A stretch of DNA of 63,485 nucleotides, counting the filler, from Collodictyon triciliatum (lineage: Eukaryota): the NCBI GenBank assembly GCA_043381765.1. It is 8 parts of 8 records of this genome, joined end to end, with 100 filler letters (N's around TTAATTAATTAA, not from the genome) between each part and the next. Parts side by side here need not be neighbours in the genome. Positions count along the whole stretch, not along the records: positions 23,207 to 34,691 come from JBHJMP010002395.1; positions 34,792 to 46,271 come from JBHJMP010002396.1; 6 more parts are not named here. One strand, 5' to 3'. The notes beneath the pieces are model-generated. The model made no database searches. It worked only from the letters and a program-made list of their open reading frames with translations, and was not told the origin of the DNA. The position numbers were made by a program, and so were the translations under genes. How positions within the stretch are numbered: position 1 is the first letter of the stretch; each line of letters begins with the position of its first letter. Positions 29,269 to 42,500 of the stretch are shown here, in pieces.

Positions 29269-32200
29269 ATGGAGCGACCTTCATCCAGAGGAGGTAACTT
29301 ATCCAGATCACGCCACAATAACAAATATTTTTTTATTTCCTTACAACGCCAACCCGCTGTAAAGAAGGAAGGAAATCTAGTCAAGCATATGAAAAAACAG
29401 TCGCCCAACTAGCTTTCCTTTTACTCACTACTCAAAGACGTGTTCTTACACGGTTTAAACTAAAACCCAATTATTTCATACATACCCCACTTTCCGGCGT
29501 TTCAAAGGAATCAGTAAGCCTTTCCTTCTTTATGTTTATCATATCGATATATTTCCCACTCTAAAGAGCTATGCTTTTGACATAGTTAGAATTTGGGTAT
29601 CCGAATAAGGCCTATCTTAATGAAAATAATCCAGAGCATCTTAAGTTCTTATCTAAAAGTCATAGAAGTCTAAGGAATATCTATCATTTGTTTCTTAGTG
29701 AGGCCATCGAGCGCCATAGGTAGAGGTGGCTCAAATGCTGCCGGTAGTGCTGCAGGGAGTGTGATACGGCCTTCATCCCGCTCCGGTTCCAATTATTGCA
29801 AAATATTCATCAAAAGATATCCACTCGAACGCTTCTCACAATTTTATCATACAGTCAAATGAATGGATACACACATATCATACCCCACCCTAGCTTTTAT
29901 TTGTATTATAATATGGTGCAACCCTTCAAATACTACGGTGTTAAACCGTTATAATCAAACACACGAATACAACCCACTCAATCTTTTCGTTCTATATTCT
30001 CCAAAGGTGCCCCGCCCCAAACCTCCGGACAAATGCGCCCTGGTTCATCTTCTATGGGCCCACCTGGAACCGCCAATCGGATGGGAACAGCCATGCGACC
30101 AGGGACTAAAGGAAGAGGAGTTCCGCTGGAACAGAGTGTCGGCTACAACTCAAACATTCAGCTATCAGAACGGCCTGTAACTCAACAGGGAATGATGGGT
30201 GTCCGCGTTGTTGCGGGAGGTCTGTTTTCACCTCCTCCAACCAAGATACAATATCTGATTACCGTATCCCTATCATTCTCATTTTCCTTTTCATAGGTGA
30301 AAGATTTTCTATAAAGTGTGTTTTGTTGCCCTCCTGTCCTTCCGTTTCTTCTATGTCTGTGTTAGTAACCCAGTTGCTCATTCAGGTCCGGGAAGGCAAA
30401 TTCAGGACAGGTCATTTTACCTGAATATCCTGCGCTCTCGTATAGGCGAGCTTGGAACTGAGACAGACAAAATGAATAGAGAAGTAGAGCAAACCCAAAA
30501 AAACAGCGAGGCCAACGCAAACATAGATAAGAGGCACGCTTTATTTAAATCATTCCTTCCTAACATTTGTGTTTTTAATTGGGAATACTGGGGTTACTTC
30601 ATATTTTTCGAAATAAAGATTGCCATGTTTGAGTCCATGGATATCTGAATACAGTATTTAAACACCAAATGTTAAGGTATGATGCTCTTTGCCGAGAAGT
30701 TAAAGGACTTCAAAGCCAGCTGGCAGATTACAATCTCTTGATGGAAAAAAGTCGCCTTGGCGTCGAAATTTCGGAATTGGAGGAAGAGTATGACGAAGTC
30801 AAGGCGGAAAACAAAGAGCAGGCGAGTGAGGGAGATACCCTTCTAAAGCGAAGAAAGGCGTAAGTAAACAAACAAAACAAAACAAAACAAAACAAAACAA
30901 AACAAAACAAAACAAAACAAAACAAAACAAAACAAAACAAAACAAAACAAAACAAAACAAAACAAAACAAAACAAACAAAACAAACAAAACAAACAAACA
31001 ACTGTCGCATTCGTGGCGTTATCCGTCGTCTAGCGTATATTTAATTAACCTATGTCTAACATATTAGACTTGAGGCTGAGATTGCGACCACTGAGAAGGA
31101 AATGCGTGAAATTGAAGACGTTACCGAAAAGAAAATTGATTCTCTCGTAAGACTGTAAATTTAATACCGAAACATCTTTGTTTTTGAGATGTAGAACACA
31201 ACTGTTCAAGAAATATGATTAATCTTTAAGATTTTCCTTCATCCTCTCATTTCCTATTTCTTCACCATTTTATCATACACATTTGGAAATATATTCATAC
31301 CGTGTCATTATTTATATATATTTGCACACAATGTAGAGTGAAGATAAGAGAGAAAGGTACCAGCGCTTGAAAAAGGAGAATTTGAGCCTACAATCTGCAC
31401 TTCAGGACAGACAGACAGAATATGACCGAGCATACAACCAACGAATGCAACTAGAGCAGCAAGTTAAGAAAGAGCCTATGAAGCAACGTGTGAGTCAGAT
31501 GTATGACCAAATGCGAAATCTGCAAAAGCGCAAAACGGATGTGGAGCAGGAAATCACGATGGTAACCATGAATGGGCCTGAGGACAGAGAAAAACTCCTT
31601 CAGCGAGTGCGCGATGACAACTCGGCGATTGCTTCTATGGATAAAGAATGTCAACAGATCAAAGACAAAATTGATACTCTGCGTGAGCAAATAGCGAGCA
31701 TGGATGTGATGATGGATGAGTTTGGTGGAGAGAAAAGTCGCAAGCTCGAAGAATTACAAGAGCTTGACAGGGAGATGCAAACTTTTATAGACACGTTCGA
31801 AGATACACGAAGAAAAGAGGCAGACCTAAAGGCTAAATCTCAGGAGCTTATTGCCTTTCTACTGACCCAAATATCTAAGGTTTTCTTTCACCCCAGATTC
31901 ATTTGCTCATTCTCTTGCTCATCAACATCAGTCTCACCCTAAATGTTTCGAATATTTTTCATAACAACCCATCTAATGCTTCTCGAACAAATTACTTTTC
32001 TTTTTTCTTTTCTTTTCTTTTGTCTCCTTCCATGTTGTGACAACGTGAAACAATGTAGTCGTTAGAGCGGCAGACAGATATGCCTACAGCCGATAGATTC
32101 CAAGAAATGAAGGCTGACCTTGAATATAAGACGAAACAAATGGAGAATTCTCAAAACACCTTCACTCGGCTGCAGGATGGTGCGACTTGAATTTCACGCT

Positions 32201-32989
32201 GGAGTTATATTATGATTATGATTCTGATTCTGATTCTGATTATTATTATTATGATCATTACCATTATCATTAGTGTAACAGGCAGTCATTTTTCACCATA
32301 TTTGTTATTATTTCTTGATTACATAAACCTACCGCCTTTATCAACGAAACATCTACATCACATTAGAGCATGTCGCACGGTTAGGTGAGTTGGAAAAGAT
32401 TAAGAGCCTTGACTCTAAAATTGCGTCCGAACTTACCGCCTTGAACGAAAAAATGGAAACGATGAAAGGAGAGCTTGTAACATTCTCCAATGTCGAGCAA
32501 TTGAAAGCCAACTACGAGACACAGAAAAAGGTTAGTTGTTTAATTTAATATTTGTTTACCGTTCAACTTACGCTTAATACATACCTCTAATATCCATCCC
32601 GTTTTCTACAGAAATTAATTGCCGACAAACAACGCCTATCCAAACGGCGTGACATCCTTAAGCAAATAACACAGACAATATCCTCAACTCTGGAAAACAG
32701 TAAAAGACGACTATCAGAAAATGATACAATGTCCCAGTTAGAAAGTCTGGAACAGAAACTGAGACAAGTCCAGCAGACAAATTTCCATTTAAATGAGTGT
32801 TTGTCTCCTTCGTGATACATCTATGATATTTTTATGCAACTTCATGTGATTTGTAAATTAATATTATATTTGTGCAACTCAGATATATCCGGAAAATTGC
32901 GCGAAAGCAACTACAAACCACAAGCCGACAAAGTTCGCAGAAAAGTTTCTGATATCAACAAGATGCTCGTTCAAGGAAATGCCAAGTAG
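29269..32989 (+). CDS. IFT74: Intraflagellar transport protein 74/72
   Basis: MERPSSRG|..RPSS repeats; RPVTQQGMMG; GPGRQIQDRSFYLNILRSRIGEL; IDKR|YDALCREVKGLQSQLADYNLL; long coiled coil; C-terminus YISGKLRESNYKP...NAK*. Confidence 0.93.
30866..31001. repeat. (AAAAC)n microsatellite in IFT74 intron
   Basis: Directly visible. Confidence 0.95.
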
Positions 32990-33849
32990 TATGCAATCTT
33001 TTAATACATTCGCACTACGCAATAAACATTTAATAACGCAAATAAGATGCCGTCCGTATACATCACCTCGTGTGTTGGCCAAGAGGGATAACTGTTGGAT
33101 CCAAAAATATGCCAAAATACTTCTCATCGGATATGAAGTGTATGTCACAGTTGGTCATTTACATGTGAAATCAATCTACTCCCGATTGAAAGTCCATCAT
33201 ACAGTTGAATCAGATAGCTCGTGCAAACTTTCCAAGCGCTGGGCAATATGGGTCTAATGATGGCTATGATGAGTCCAATAATTTTATTTCATCAAGAAAA
33301 ATATGTATTATTGACACAGTCGTTCGCCTAGGTGGTAGAGTGGGTATTATCCTCTTTCATTATTTCTTGATTCCTTGGGAAAAAAACTCATAAGCCTCTT
33401 TACATCCATCCACACCTAAATGCCTTGTATCACTGCATTATTCAGTTCATATTTTCCATTACTCTTTTGCTCTTTTTCTCTTCGGGTCCATTTTCAACAA
33501 TGCGACTAGAGAGAGGCAAAACCATGAAACTGCCATCGCCATGAGATGTAGAAGTGAGTTGCAGATGATTTTCTTTATTCGATTTAAATGAAGTGAGTTG
33601 CAGATGATTCTGCGGAACTGCTACACTATGTATTCATAGTTGTAATTAGTAGATGATGTAAATGAGAAAAGAAAGCAACAAATGAGTGTCGAGATTTAAA
33701 AGAGACAATATTCTCTCTCACAGACTATTTTACCCATCTGATAACTATAACTTTTTTGTTCTATTTTAAGAGATGGTTTTTTTTCTTTGCGTCTGGAGAT
33801 GGAGTTCCTTTTTCCAATGTTCCAGCCTTCTTTTGCACTAGCGCTATTT

Positions 33850-34530
33850 GTTGGCTGGGTGGTGGAGAAGTAGTCGGTAATCAGGAATTGCATCCTGCGA
33901 TTTGGCCTGTAGCCTGGGTCTTGTGCTTGCATGAGAGATACAAGGCGAGTTTTAATTTCTTTCTCAGCCTCTTTTCACATGTCTCTTCTCACGGGGTCTG
34001 AGTAGTAGAGAACGTGCAGGTGGCGAAGAAAGCTGTTGAGGAAAGAGTTTGGATGATGTCATTCAGCCTGTTATCAGGAATGGCTGGCTGGTTGTTGAGT
34101 CTTGCTTTGCGTGAGTATATGCGTGCTATCCACACAGTCCATAGCAAATGGCCTCGCGTCACTGCCCAGAATGTTTTTGCATCTCGACGCAGCTGTTGCA
34201 GAGGCCCAAATATCGCCTGGATTGGGCTAACATCCGCAGCCGTCTTGAGTGTCAGTCAAAGAATCTCACCGGCTGTTTCGCGCAGGTTTTGAGCGAAGGG
34301 ACATTGCAAAAAAAGTGTGCTCGATGGATTCATCACGGTTGCAGCAAAGTGTGGATTGTTGGGAGACTTTATCCGCCCAAACACGCTCCTGCTTCGGCAC
34401 GATATCCGATCCAATATCTCGACGGCGCAAACACGTCACACATACGTGGCATTTTGTTTCTTTGATCTGTCTTCGATCGGAAGTCCAATCACCCAATCCT
34501 CAGCATTTGTCTTTCTGCGGCTTCAGTGAC
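33850..34530 (-). mobile_element. Decayed non-LTR retrotransposon ORF2 C-terminus (zf-RVT-like)
   Basis: TLCCNRDESIEHTF / frameshift / LQCPFAQ..IL*LTL..QAIFGPLQQLRRDAKTFWAVTRGHLLW; carries a 1-nt deletion and a TGG>TGA stop relative to the 23207 copy. Confidence 0.75.
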
Positions 34531-34791
34531 GCGTAATTGCGAATACCTCTCTAGCAAGAGCTTTTTTCAAGTCATACACAGAGCGCCAGCGTCATATATT
34601 ACACTGCGCTAAACAAAAAACAAAAAACAAAAAACAAAAAACAAAAAACAAAAAACAAAAAACAAAAAACAAAAAACAAAAAAAAAAAAAANNNNNNNNN
34701 NNNNNNNNNNNNNNNNNNNNNNNNNNNNNNNNNNNTTAATTAATTAANNNNNNNNNNNNNNNNNNNNNNNNNNNNNNNNNNNNNNNNNNNN

Positions 34792-35031
34792 GCCACTATA
34801 TATTCGCACTATAATACCTGATGGCCAAGTCTTTGGATGTTTGGGATGAATTTCGAACAGACTCCGACTCAACAGCCACTATATATTCGCACTATAGTAC
34901 CTGATGGCCACGTCTTTGGATGTTTGGGATGAATTTCGAACAAACTCCGACTCAACAGCCACTATATATTCGCACTATAGTACCTGATGGCCACGTCTTT
35001 GGATGTTTGGGATGAATTTCGAACAAACTCC
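34792..35031. repeat. 83-bp tandem repeat, about 2.9 near-identical units, cut by contig start
   Basis: Units start at 34792, 34875, 34958 (GCCACTATATATTCGCACTATA...CTCCGACTCAACA) and differ by a few substitutions. Confidence 0.95.
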
Positions 35032-36527
35032 TATTTAACTAGCATTATTCTTTCACACGGTAATTTATTGAATTTAAAAGAGCAGGATGTAGTTTAAGGT
35101 TATATCTATAATTATATGTTGTTATTTATTATATTCTATTGTTTAAAATCATAAAAGATATTTTTTAGAATACTTACATGGGTATTCATATGAAGCTACC
35201 GTTTTTCTGGTAACTTTAACGATTGAAGATATTTTATGTTGGAGAATTTTCTTTTAGTCTTGTTTATTATTTGTATTAAAATAATTAAATTTGAAATTTC
35301 ATTTTAAATATTTATCATATTTAATATTTCGATTTTATGACTGATTTTAAGAAAAATCTGCGGATTGTGCTGAGACCTACTTTCTTATCATGCGATAATA
35401 AATAGGTTGATAGACAAATTTGATCTTTTTTATGATTTATATATTCGTGGGCTTACACTCCCTTTTAATCATAGGTAATTGTAATACTGTCCAGTGGCAT
35501 GAGCTCATCTGATAAATTTGCTATGTATCTCTATTTTTCCAACTAGTTTTAATAAATTTATCAAACTGATGTCGATTTAACTTTTATCAAAGAGAGGCTG
35601 ATAAGAGGGATTTGCCAAAACTATGCACAAAGAGAAGAACAGAACAAACCATGTATCCAGTTAAATTGATTTATTAGTATATTTCATCAATATTTATAGG
35701 AAAACTTAATCTTTTTTTTAACTTGTATTATGAGACCAAAATATTTTTTTTTACTTTTTACCAAATTTATGATATGATCACTAGGTTTTTGGTTCTTCAT
35801 CATGCAACACAAAAGCGCTTAACCGTTTGAAGGTCATTTTAGACTAACGTAAAATTTTATATTAATTTTCATTTTAAAACGGGAACTTATGTAAAGGCCT
35901 CCCTAAAATTATCTGAACTTAAATTTTATTGTACTTATCTATAATTAAAAGGAGGCTTTACAACGATACTATTGTTACTACGAAAGAAATAACGTTACAA
36001 AAAATGCCCGTCCGAAGTTTACATAGTTTAGTGTCATATATATCTTAATGTCCAAAATATCTGGCGGGTGCTGTTAAATATTTATTATTTTGTGGCGCAT
36101 TCATATATTTGGTTGCCGTGAGCACATTTTTATCCACGAAGTACCTCTTGAATAAAATGAAATTTAAGAGCATGTTCTAATAGCTGATTGAGAAGCATTA
36201 ACACATAAGCATGATTAGATATACAGGGTCAAAATAAATTTGATAGATTATATAACGCACAATTACGGACTGTTGTATTATTTTGGAATATCTATATTGG
36301 AATTTTAACTCTTCAATTATTCTTAAATCAATTTAAGATAATGATGTCATTTTTAATGATTTAAAAAAAAAAGAGTCTTTTAAAGTAACAAATACACCAA
36401 AACTCCAACCAAAAAAAGGAGATATACATAAATACCCAATTACTTATTCTCAAAGGCATGAGTGACTCAAAGTCAATCAAAATCAATTTACCATAAGATT
36501 ACTTAAAAGACTAGGAATTTTGAGAAA

Positions 36528-39500
36528 CATGTCTGCAACCGAAACAAGCACCGAGGCCAACGTCAGCCTTGTCACCATTGACGAAGTCTGTGCAAATGCA
36601 TACATTACCTTCAAGAAATTATTTATATGTCGAAGAGAATTGATTACTTAATCTGGCAACTGAGCACAGGCTGTCCTCGAATGGGTGAACCACCACCTGG
36701 AAAAAATCGACCTCAAGGCGAAGAACACCCGCGATGACTTAATGGACGGATTCTTTTTGGCCATGCTGATTGAGGCGGTTACCGGAAAGTCCTTGGGAAG
36801 TTACCATTCCCGCTTGTTTGCGTATGATTTATTTATGATACTCACAATTTTAATACAATTTATTTTTTCATGGATTTGTATTTGATCCCTTTATTTATAT
36901 CAGTGACAAAGTTATTGAGGAGGAGGTTCTTGTTGACGAGAATCAAAAACTCATCGTTGATTGGTTTCTGAAATTGAATGTGCATGATGAGACTGTTGCT
37001 TCTCAGTCTCGTTACGCTGGTTTGCTTTATATGTTTTAAAAGGAAATAATATTGGAATTTTTCATATATCATCCATTTATTTTGTATGGGTAACTGACGT
37101 ATAAATATTCTTACAGATTTGCTCAATGCAATGCTCCAGTACCTTATTGGGCAAAGTGTTGGCCATTTGGGAAGTCTTGGGGTAACAAAATACACCTCCT
37201 TTTAATCTTTCATATTTAAGGTTTTTTTTTAATTTTTTGAACCATGCCGAAATATAATTTCCAATCGTTAAAAATTGTAGAAAAAATGTCGTGAGAGGTA
37301 CGATATTGCCAAGAAGCTCTACGAAAGAGCGAAGGCCCCGTTTCCGTTCCATGGTTGAAATTCTACATCTTTTTATTTTTATTAATTTATTGTTTTGTAT
37401 TTACTTCTCAACTAAATTAAATTTAAATATTGATGCAGGTCTTGGTCTGGAAGAAAAAGGCTCTGTCGTACTCATCCGCACTTGCATTCTTCTTGACAAG
37501 GTAACTAATAATTAATAAATGAAATAAGAAAAATTTGACCAAAATCATTCCGTTTGGTGGAATATAATGTCCATTTCAAACCAGATGAAGCTTGCTCGTG
37601 AAGACCTGAAGGAGAGGCAATACAAGAAGTGGAATCCGGCTCCACAAAGATACCTGACACCGACACCATTGCCGCTCATTGTCTTTGACGAGCGTGTCAT
37701 CCGTGTTTTCCTTTCCTCCACTTTCCGTGACATGCAGAAAGAAAGAGACGAGTTCTTCAAGAATGGAGCCCCTGAGTTAGTTCAATATATTTTTATAATA
37801 AATTTATGATAAGGAACGATAATTTGATGTTTTTATTTTCCTTACAATATAAATTCAATGTCAGGTTGAAAAGACTTGCGAAATCATTGGGAGTGGACCT
37901 TGTCTTTATCGATTTGCGCTGGGGACTGACTTCTGTGGACAGTAGCGAGGGATGGGTAATCAGAATATTATTAACATTATTTTTGAAACTTTCATTATAC
38001 TGCAATTTATATAATAATGAACTTTAATTTTCTTTTCTTGCTTTGTTTTCATAGGTCGTGATTCGCTGCTTGGATTCCATCGGAAAATGCCCATACTTTG
38101 TGTGCTCTCTCGGTGCGCGCTACGGCTGGATTCCTGACCAGAACAAAACGGAGCTGAACAAGCAAGCCCGCCTTGAGCAGCTGCTGAATACCAAGCCTGA
38201 TGCTACCATGAAGGATGTTTGGGTGGAATGGCGCAGTGAAACGAATAGCCGCTTCCCATTCATTGACAGAATGCCTGGGTTGAGTGTGACTGAATACGAG
38301 GTGAAGCCAATCTCTACATTTTATTCTGTATCTTTTTATGAGTAATTACAATAGAGAAATTAAACCAATCATTTTCTAAATTATATATTCATATTAAGAT
38401 TCAACACGCCTGTCTGATTGACAAACCAGCATGCAGCCGCGCCTTCTTTTACCTCCGCGATGAGCACTATGCTGTCGAACATGCCCAGAGCGAGGAAGAA
38501 AGAAAGCTGTTTCAAGCTGAAAGCGAAGAGGCGGTAAAAATTGATAGAAATTCTTTAATCTTCATTTTCAAGTAATTATGTTATGTTTATTTAATGATTT
38601 AATTTTTTGACACTTGTTTTAATGTATTTTTTTAGCGTAAGAGGCAGGACGAGCTCAAAGGGAAAGTCAAGACCAAGTTCGGGCATGTTGTCTACAAGGG
38701 AGCGAAGGAGTATTCGGACTTTGTGACCTACCATCTCACCTACGCCATCGAGCGTGACTTTGGGAAGCAAACTGTAATTTTTATGGATTTATGGATATCA
38801 GTATTGATTGGTGATATGCATTTCATTTCATTTATATTTTGTTCTCATAACTATATCATAGGTGAGAGACCCTGAAGACCAAGCTCAGCACCAGTTCAAG
38901 ATGCATCGACTGGCTGGGTTTGGTGGAAGAAAGGAGCTTCTCAAGACAATTACGGAGCAAGTAAGATAAAGATCAATTAATTAAAAATGACAATAATATC
39001 TTTGATTTTTTTCTTATCAATAATTTTTTTTTATTAGGCCATGAATCAGCTGAGCACGGAGAAATCCAAAATCATCGTTCTTGCTGCCGAGTCTGGGATT
39101 GGAAAGTCGTCGCTCATGGCTGCTACAGCGAGAGACCTTGAAGGGTTGAAGCATCCTGGGCTGCATGTCTTTTTCCATTTTGTTGGATGCACCAATCTCA
39201 GCAACTACGTAGAAAGGTTAATTTCTATTTCTTTTTGTTTTTATAGATATAAAGATATTATTTTGGTTTTTCTAAAAATATTTGTTTTATATTAGTGTAT
39301 CGATTCGCTTCTGGACTTTGGTCGCAAACTCTGCCAACTTTGTCAGGGAAAAGAAGCAAGAAGCTGGTATTGTAATTAATTTTATTTTTATCTTTTTAAT
39401 CCAAATGTCGTATAACAATTCTTCAGGCATTTACTTTATTTTTACCACCAGAATACGAAAAAGAGGGACTCCAGGGCTTGCTGAAGATGATTCAGGAGAA

Positions 39501-42500
39501 AAACAAGTAATACGTCAATTTTTTTGTATTTAAATTATAAAATCAAAATTAAAAATATTTTGTTTCAAATAAAAAATTGATATTAAATTATGTTTTATAG
39601 GGACGAGAAGTTTGTCTTTCTGATCGATGCCATCAACCAAATCCACCCGTCGCAAGGAACGCCAGCTCCGCATCTGCTGACCTGGTTGCCCAAAGAAACG
39701 CCAGCTAATGTTGCCATTGTTGTGTCGACCATTCATACCCATGAATCTTGCGCGGTATTTATCATTTAATAATATTTTTTGGATATTTTTATATTCTGCA
39801 TAAAAATGATTTGAGTGGAAGGTTAATTAATCTATATGTGTCATAAGTCTGCCAAGCAAAGTGGACTGGAGCCGATTCCTGTCGCCAAGTTGACCGAGGG
39901 CGAAATTAAGGATGGTGTCGAATCCTTCCTCATTCGCTATGACAAGACCCTGAACGAAAAGCAAGTTGGAATGATTCTGGCTGACTTTGAAGATACTGGT
40001 GAGACATTTTTTCAAAAGAATATATTTTTATTAAATTTTTTCAAGGTATGATTTAGTTATACTTATCTAATATTTTATTATAGGCCATCCGCTCTATCTC
40101 CGCATCATTCTGGATGAAGTCAGGGTCTTTGGAGTCTATGAGAAGCTTGACGATGAACTGTTTGCGCTGCTTTCAACCAACGGTGTCATCGAGCTTTACA
40201 CTCTCATTATCCAGCGCTGGCAACTGAAGTTTGACAGGAAAGGTGAGTATTGATTTCATATTTCACAAAAAAAAAAATTACAATTATAATTGCTATTTTT
40301 GTTGAATGAATCTTTTTTATTGTACAGTCTCCTCGTCTGATGGAAAAGAGACAATGAAGGTCGAGTATGTCTCCCTCTCGATGAAGGTTCTCTTTGTCTC
40401 CCGCATCGGTCTGAGTGAAGTTGACTCGGACAAGTACATGAAAGACGCGATTGGCGCAGGATTCGAGCTTGCTGAATGGTTTGCTTATTCTTGAATTTTA
40501 ATAGAATTAATAGGTTAACTCTTATCTCATTTTCTTTTTTATTTAACTTATCTTTTATTCATTAAAATAGGAAATCCTTCTTCTTTACCCTCATCGAGTC
40601 GCTTTTCGTGCGCAATGGAAGGTTACTTTTATTTCTCAATCCTTTTGTTAGTTAATCTGTGCTTTCTGTATAATTATATTTGGATAAAAACTCAATAATT
40701 GCGTATCATAGATATATGTATTTCCACCAGCTGCTGTTGGAGACCACCAAAAAGGTCTACTTCACCGAAAACCAGGAGATGGAAAAAACCCACGAAAAAT
40801 ACGGAAAATGGCTTTTTGGCCAATATTCTGAGGCTGCCGACGCAGGTGAGGAGCTTGCTGCTGAAATATGCTACCAGCTTCTGAAGGGCAGTTCGTTTGA
40901 CTTGCTTGTGGAATACATGAAGCAAAAACATGTGATTTTTTTATTTAATTATTTTCAGTCATTATGAAACGGCATTCACTGATTAATTTTTAAAAAAATT
41001 TTAGGTTATCAGCATCATGCTTGGTGGCCGCTATCGCTACGAGTTCTTTACATGCTGGAGAGCAATCAACGCAAGTGGAGCGGCAAACTACAAAGATGCC
41101 TATGGAAGCTTGGCTAAGGTTATTTACTATTTAATTTTAATTTTTTGAAAGTTACTACTCACAAATTTAATTATCAATCATGATTTATCTATTAATTTTT
41201 TTAAAATTTTCAGTCTTTGGATAATGTGGGAGACCTGCTGGTTGGATTTTTCCTGGAGTCTTTTGAGAATTCGTTCTTGTTATCTGTTCTGAATGTGCGT
41301 CTTGGAAAGCATCAAACAGAAGGTATGCAACTTATTGTTATTTTTTGAAGAATTTAAGTCATGAATATGATTTTATATATGGATATATTCAATAATCTAT
41401 CAATTTACAGATGCGAAGGCTGCTGATTACCTGAATCTTGGTCGTGTCTACAAGAACCTCCAAAAGTATAAAAATATAAAAATCCATTAATGATTATAAT
41501 TAGGACATGACATGATGCTTATAATGCTAACTTTTCTAAAATAAAATAAAAATAAACAGCTGGGCTGAGTCCATGGTCTACTACAAGAAATGCCTCAATT
41601 CAGTTGAGAAAAATGCAGATGACTCCTTGCGTATCGCTACCATCCATGAAGAAATGGGAATAATCTACCAGCAACAGGACAAGTCAGGCTCTCTTTCAAC
41701 TGTAAAATAAATAATGAATAATGTTTCAAAAAGGAATTATTCTGATTTGCTTATTATGAAACAGAATTGATGAAGCTCTTGATGAATACAAGAAATCACT
41801 GGAATTGAGAATCAAACAACTGGGCGAGAACGACTTGCAAGTGGCCCAATCATATGACCGCTTCGGAGACATATATGTGAAGCAGTCAAAGTAATAATTG
41901 ATTCATCTATATTCGTTTTTTTTTTTTTGCCTTTATTTTGTAAATATATATGTATGCTGATCAATTTTTTATGATAGGAATGAGCAAGCTCTGGTTGAAT
42001 ACACAAAGGCCATGGAAATTCGCCAAAAGAAAGTCGGAAACGAGCATCCTCTTGTCGCAACATCGTACCAGAACTACGGCCATGTCTCTCTGGCTGGGAA
42101 AAAGTATCACATATTCATTCGATTCAAACTGGTTTTAAATCAATTATGATAATTTTGATAAATATTAATATGATTGAATCATCAAGGTATGAAGAGTCTA
42201 TTGAAAACTACGAGAAGGCGAAATCAATCCTTGAAAAATCGCTGGGAGCTAAGCATGCATCTGTTGCCTCGACAATCCAGTTTATTGCGAGTGTTCATCT
42301 TGCCAGTGGAAAGTTTGGATTTCTAAACTACAGATAATTTCATAAAATAATTATTTCTTTCAATTTTTGCAAAATGAGTTTGGCTTCATATATTTCATTT
42401 ATATGGACTCTATTTGGAGTTAATTTTATTATATAATATAATCAATTAAATAAATATCAAATAAATATCGTCTTATATAGGAAAAGTGAGGCCTTGTCCT

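Noticed and set aside
34792-35031. CRISPR-like array
   Set aside because: Whole 83-bp units are near-identical with no unique spacers, no cas genes are present, and the context is eukaryotic.
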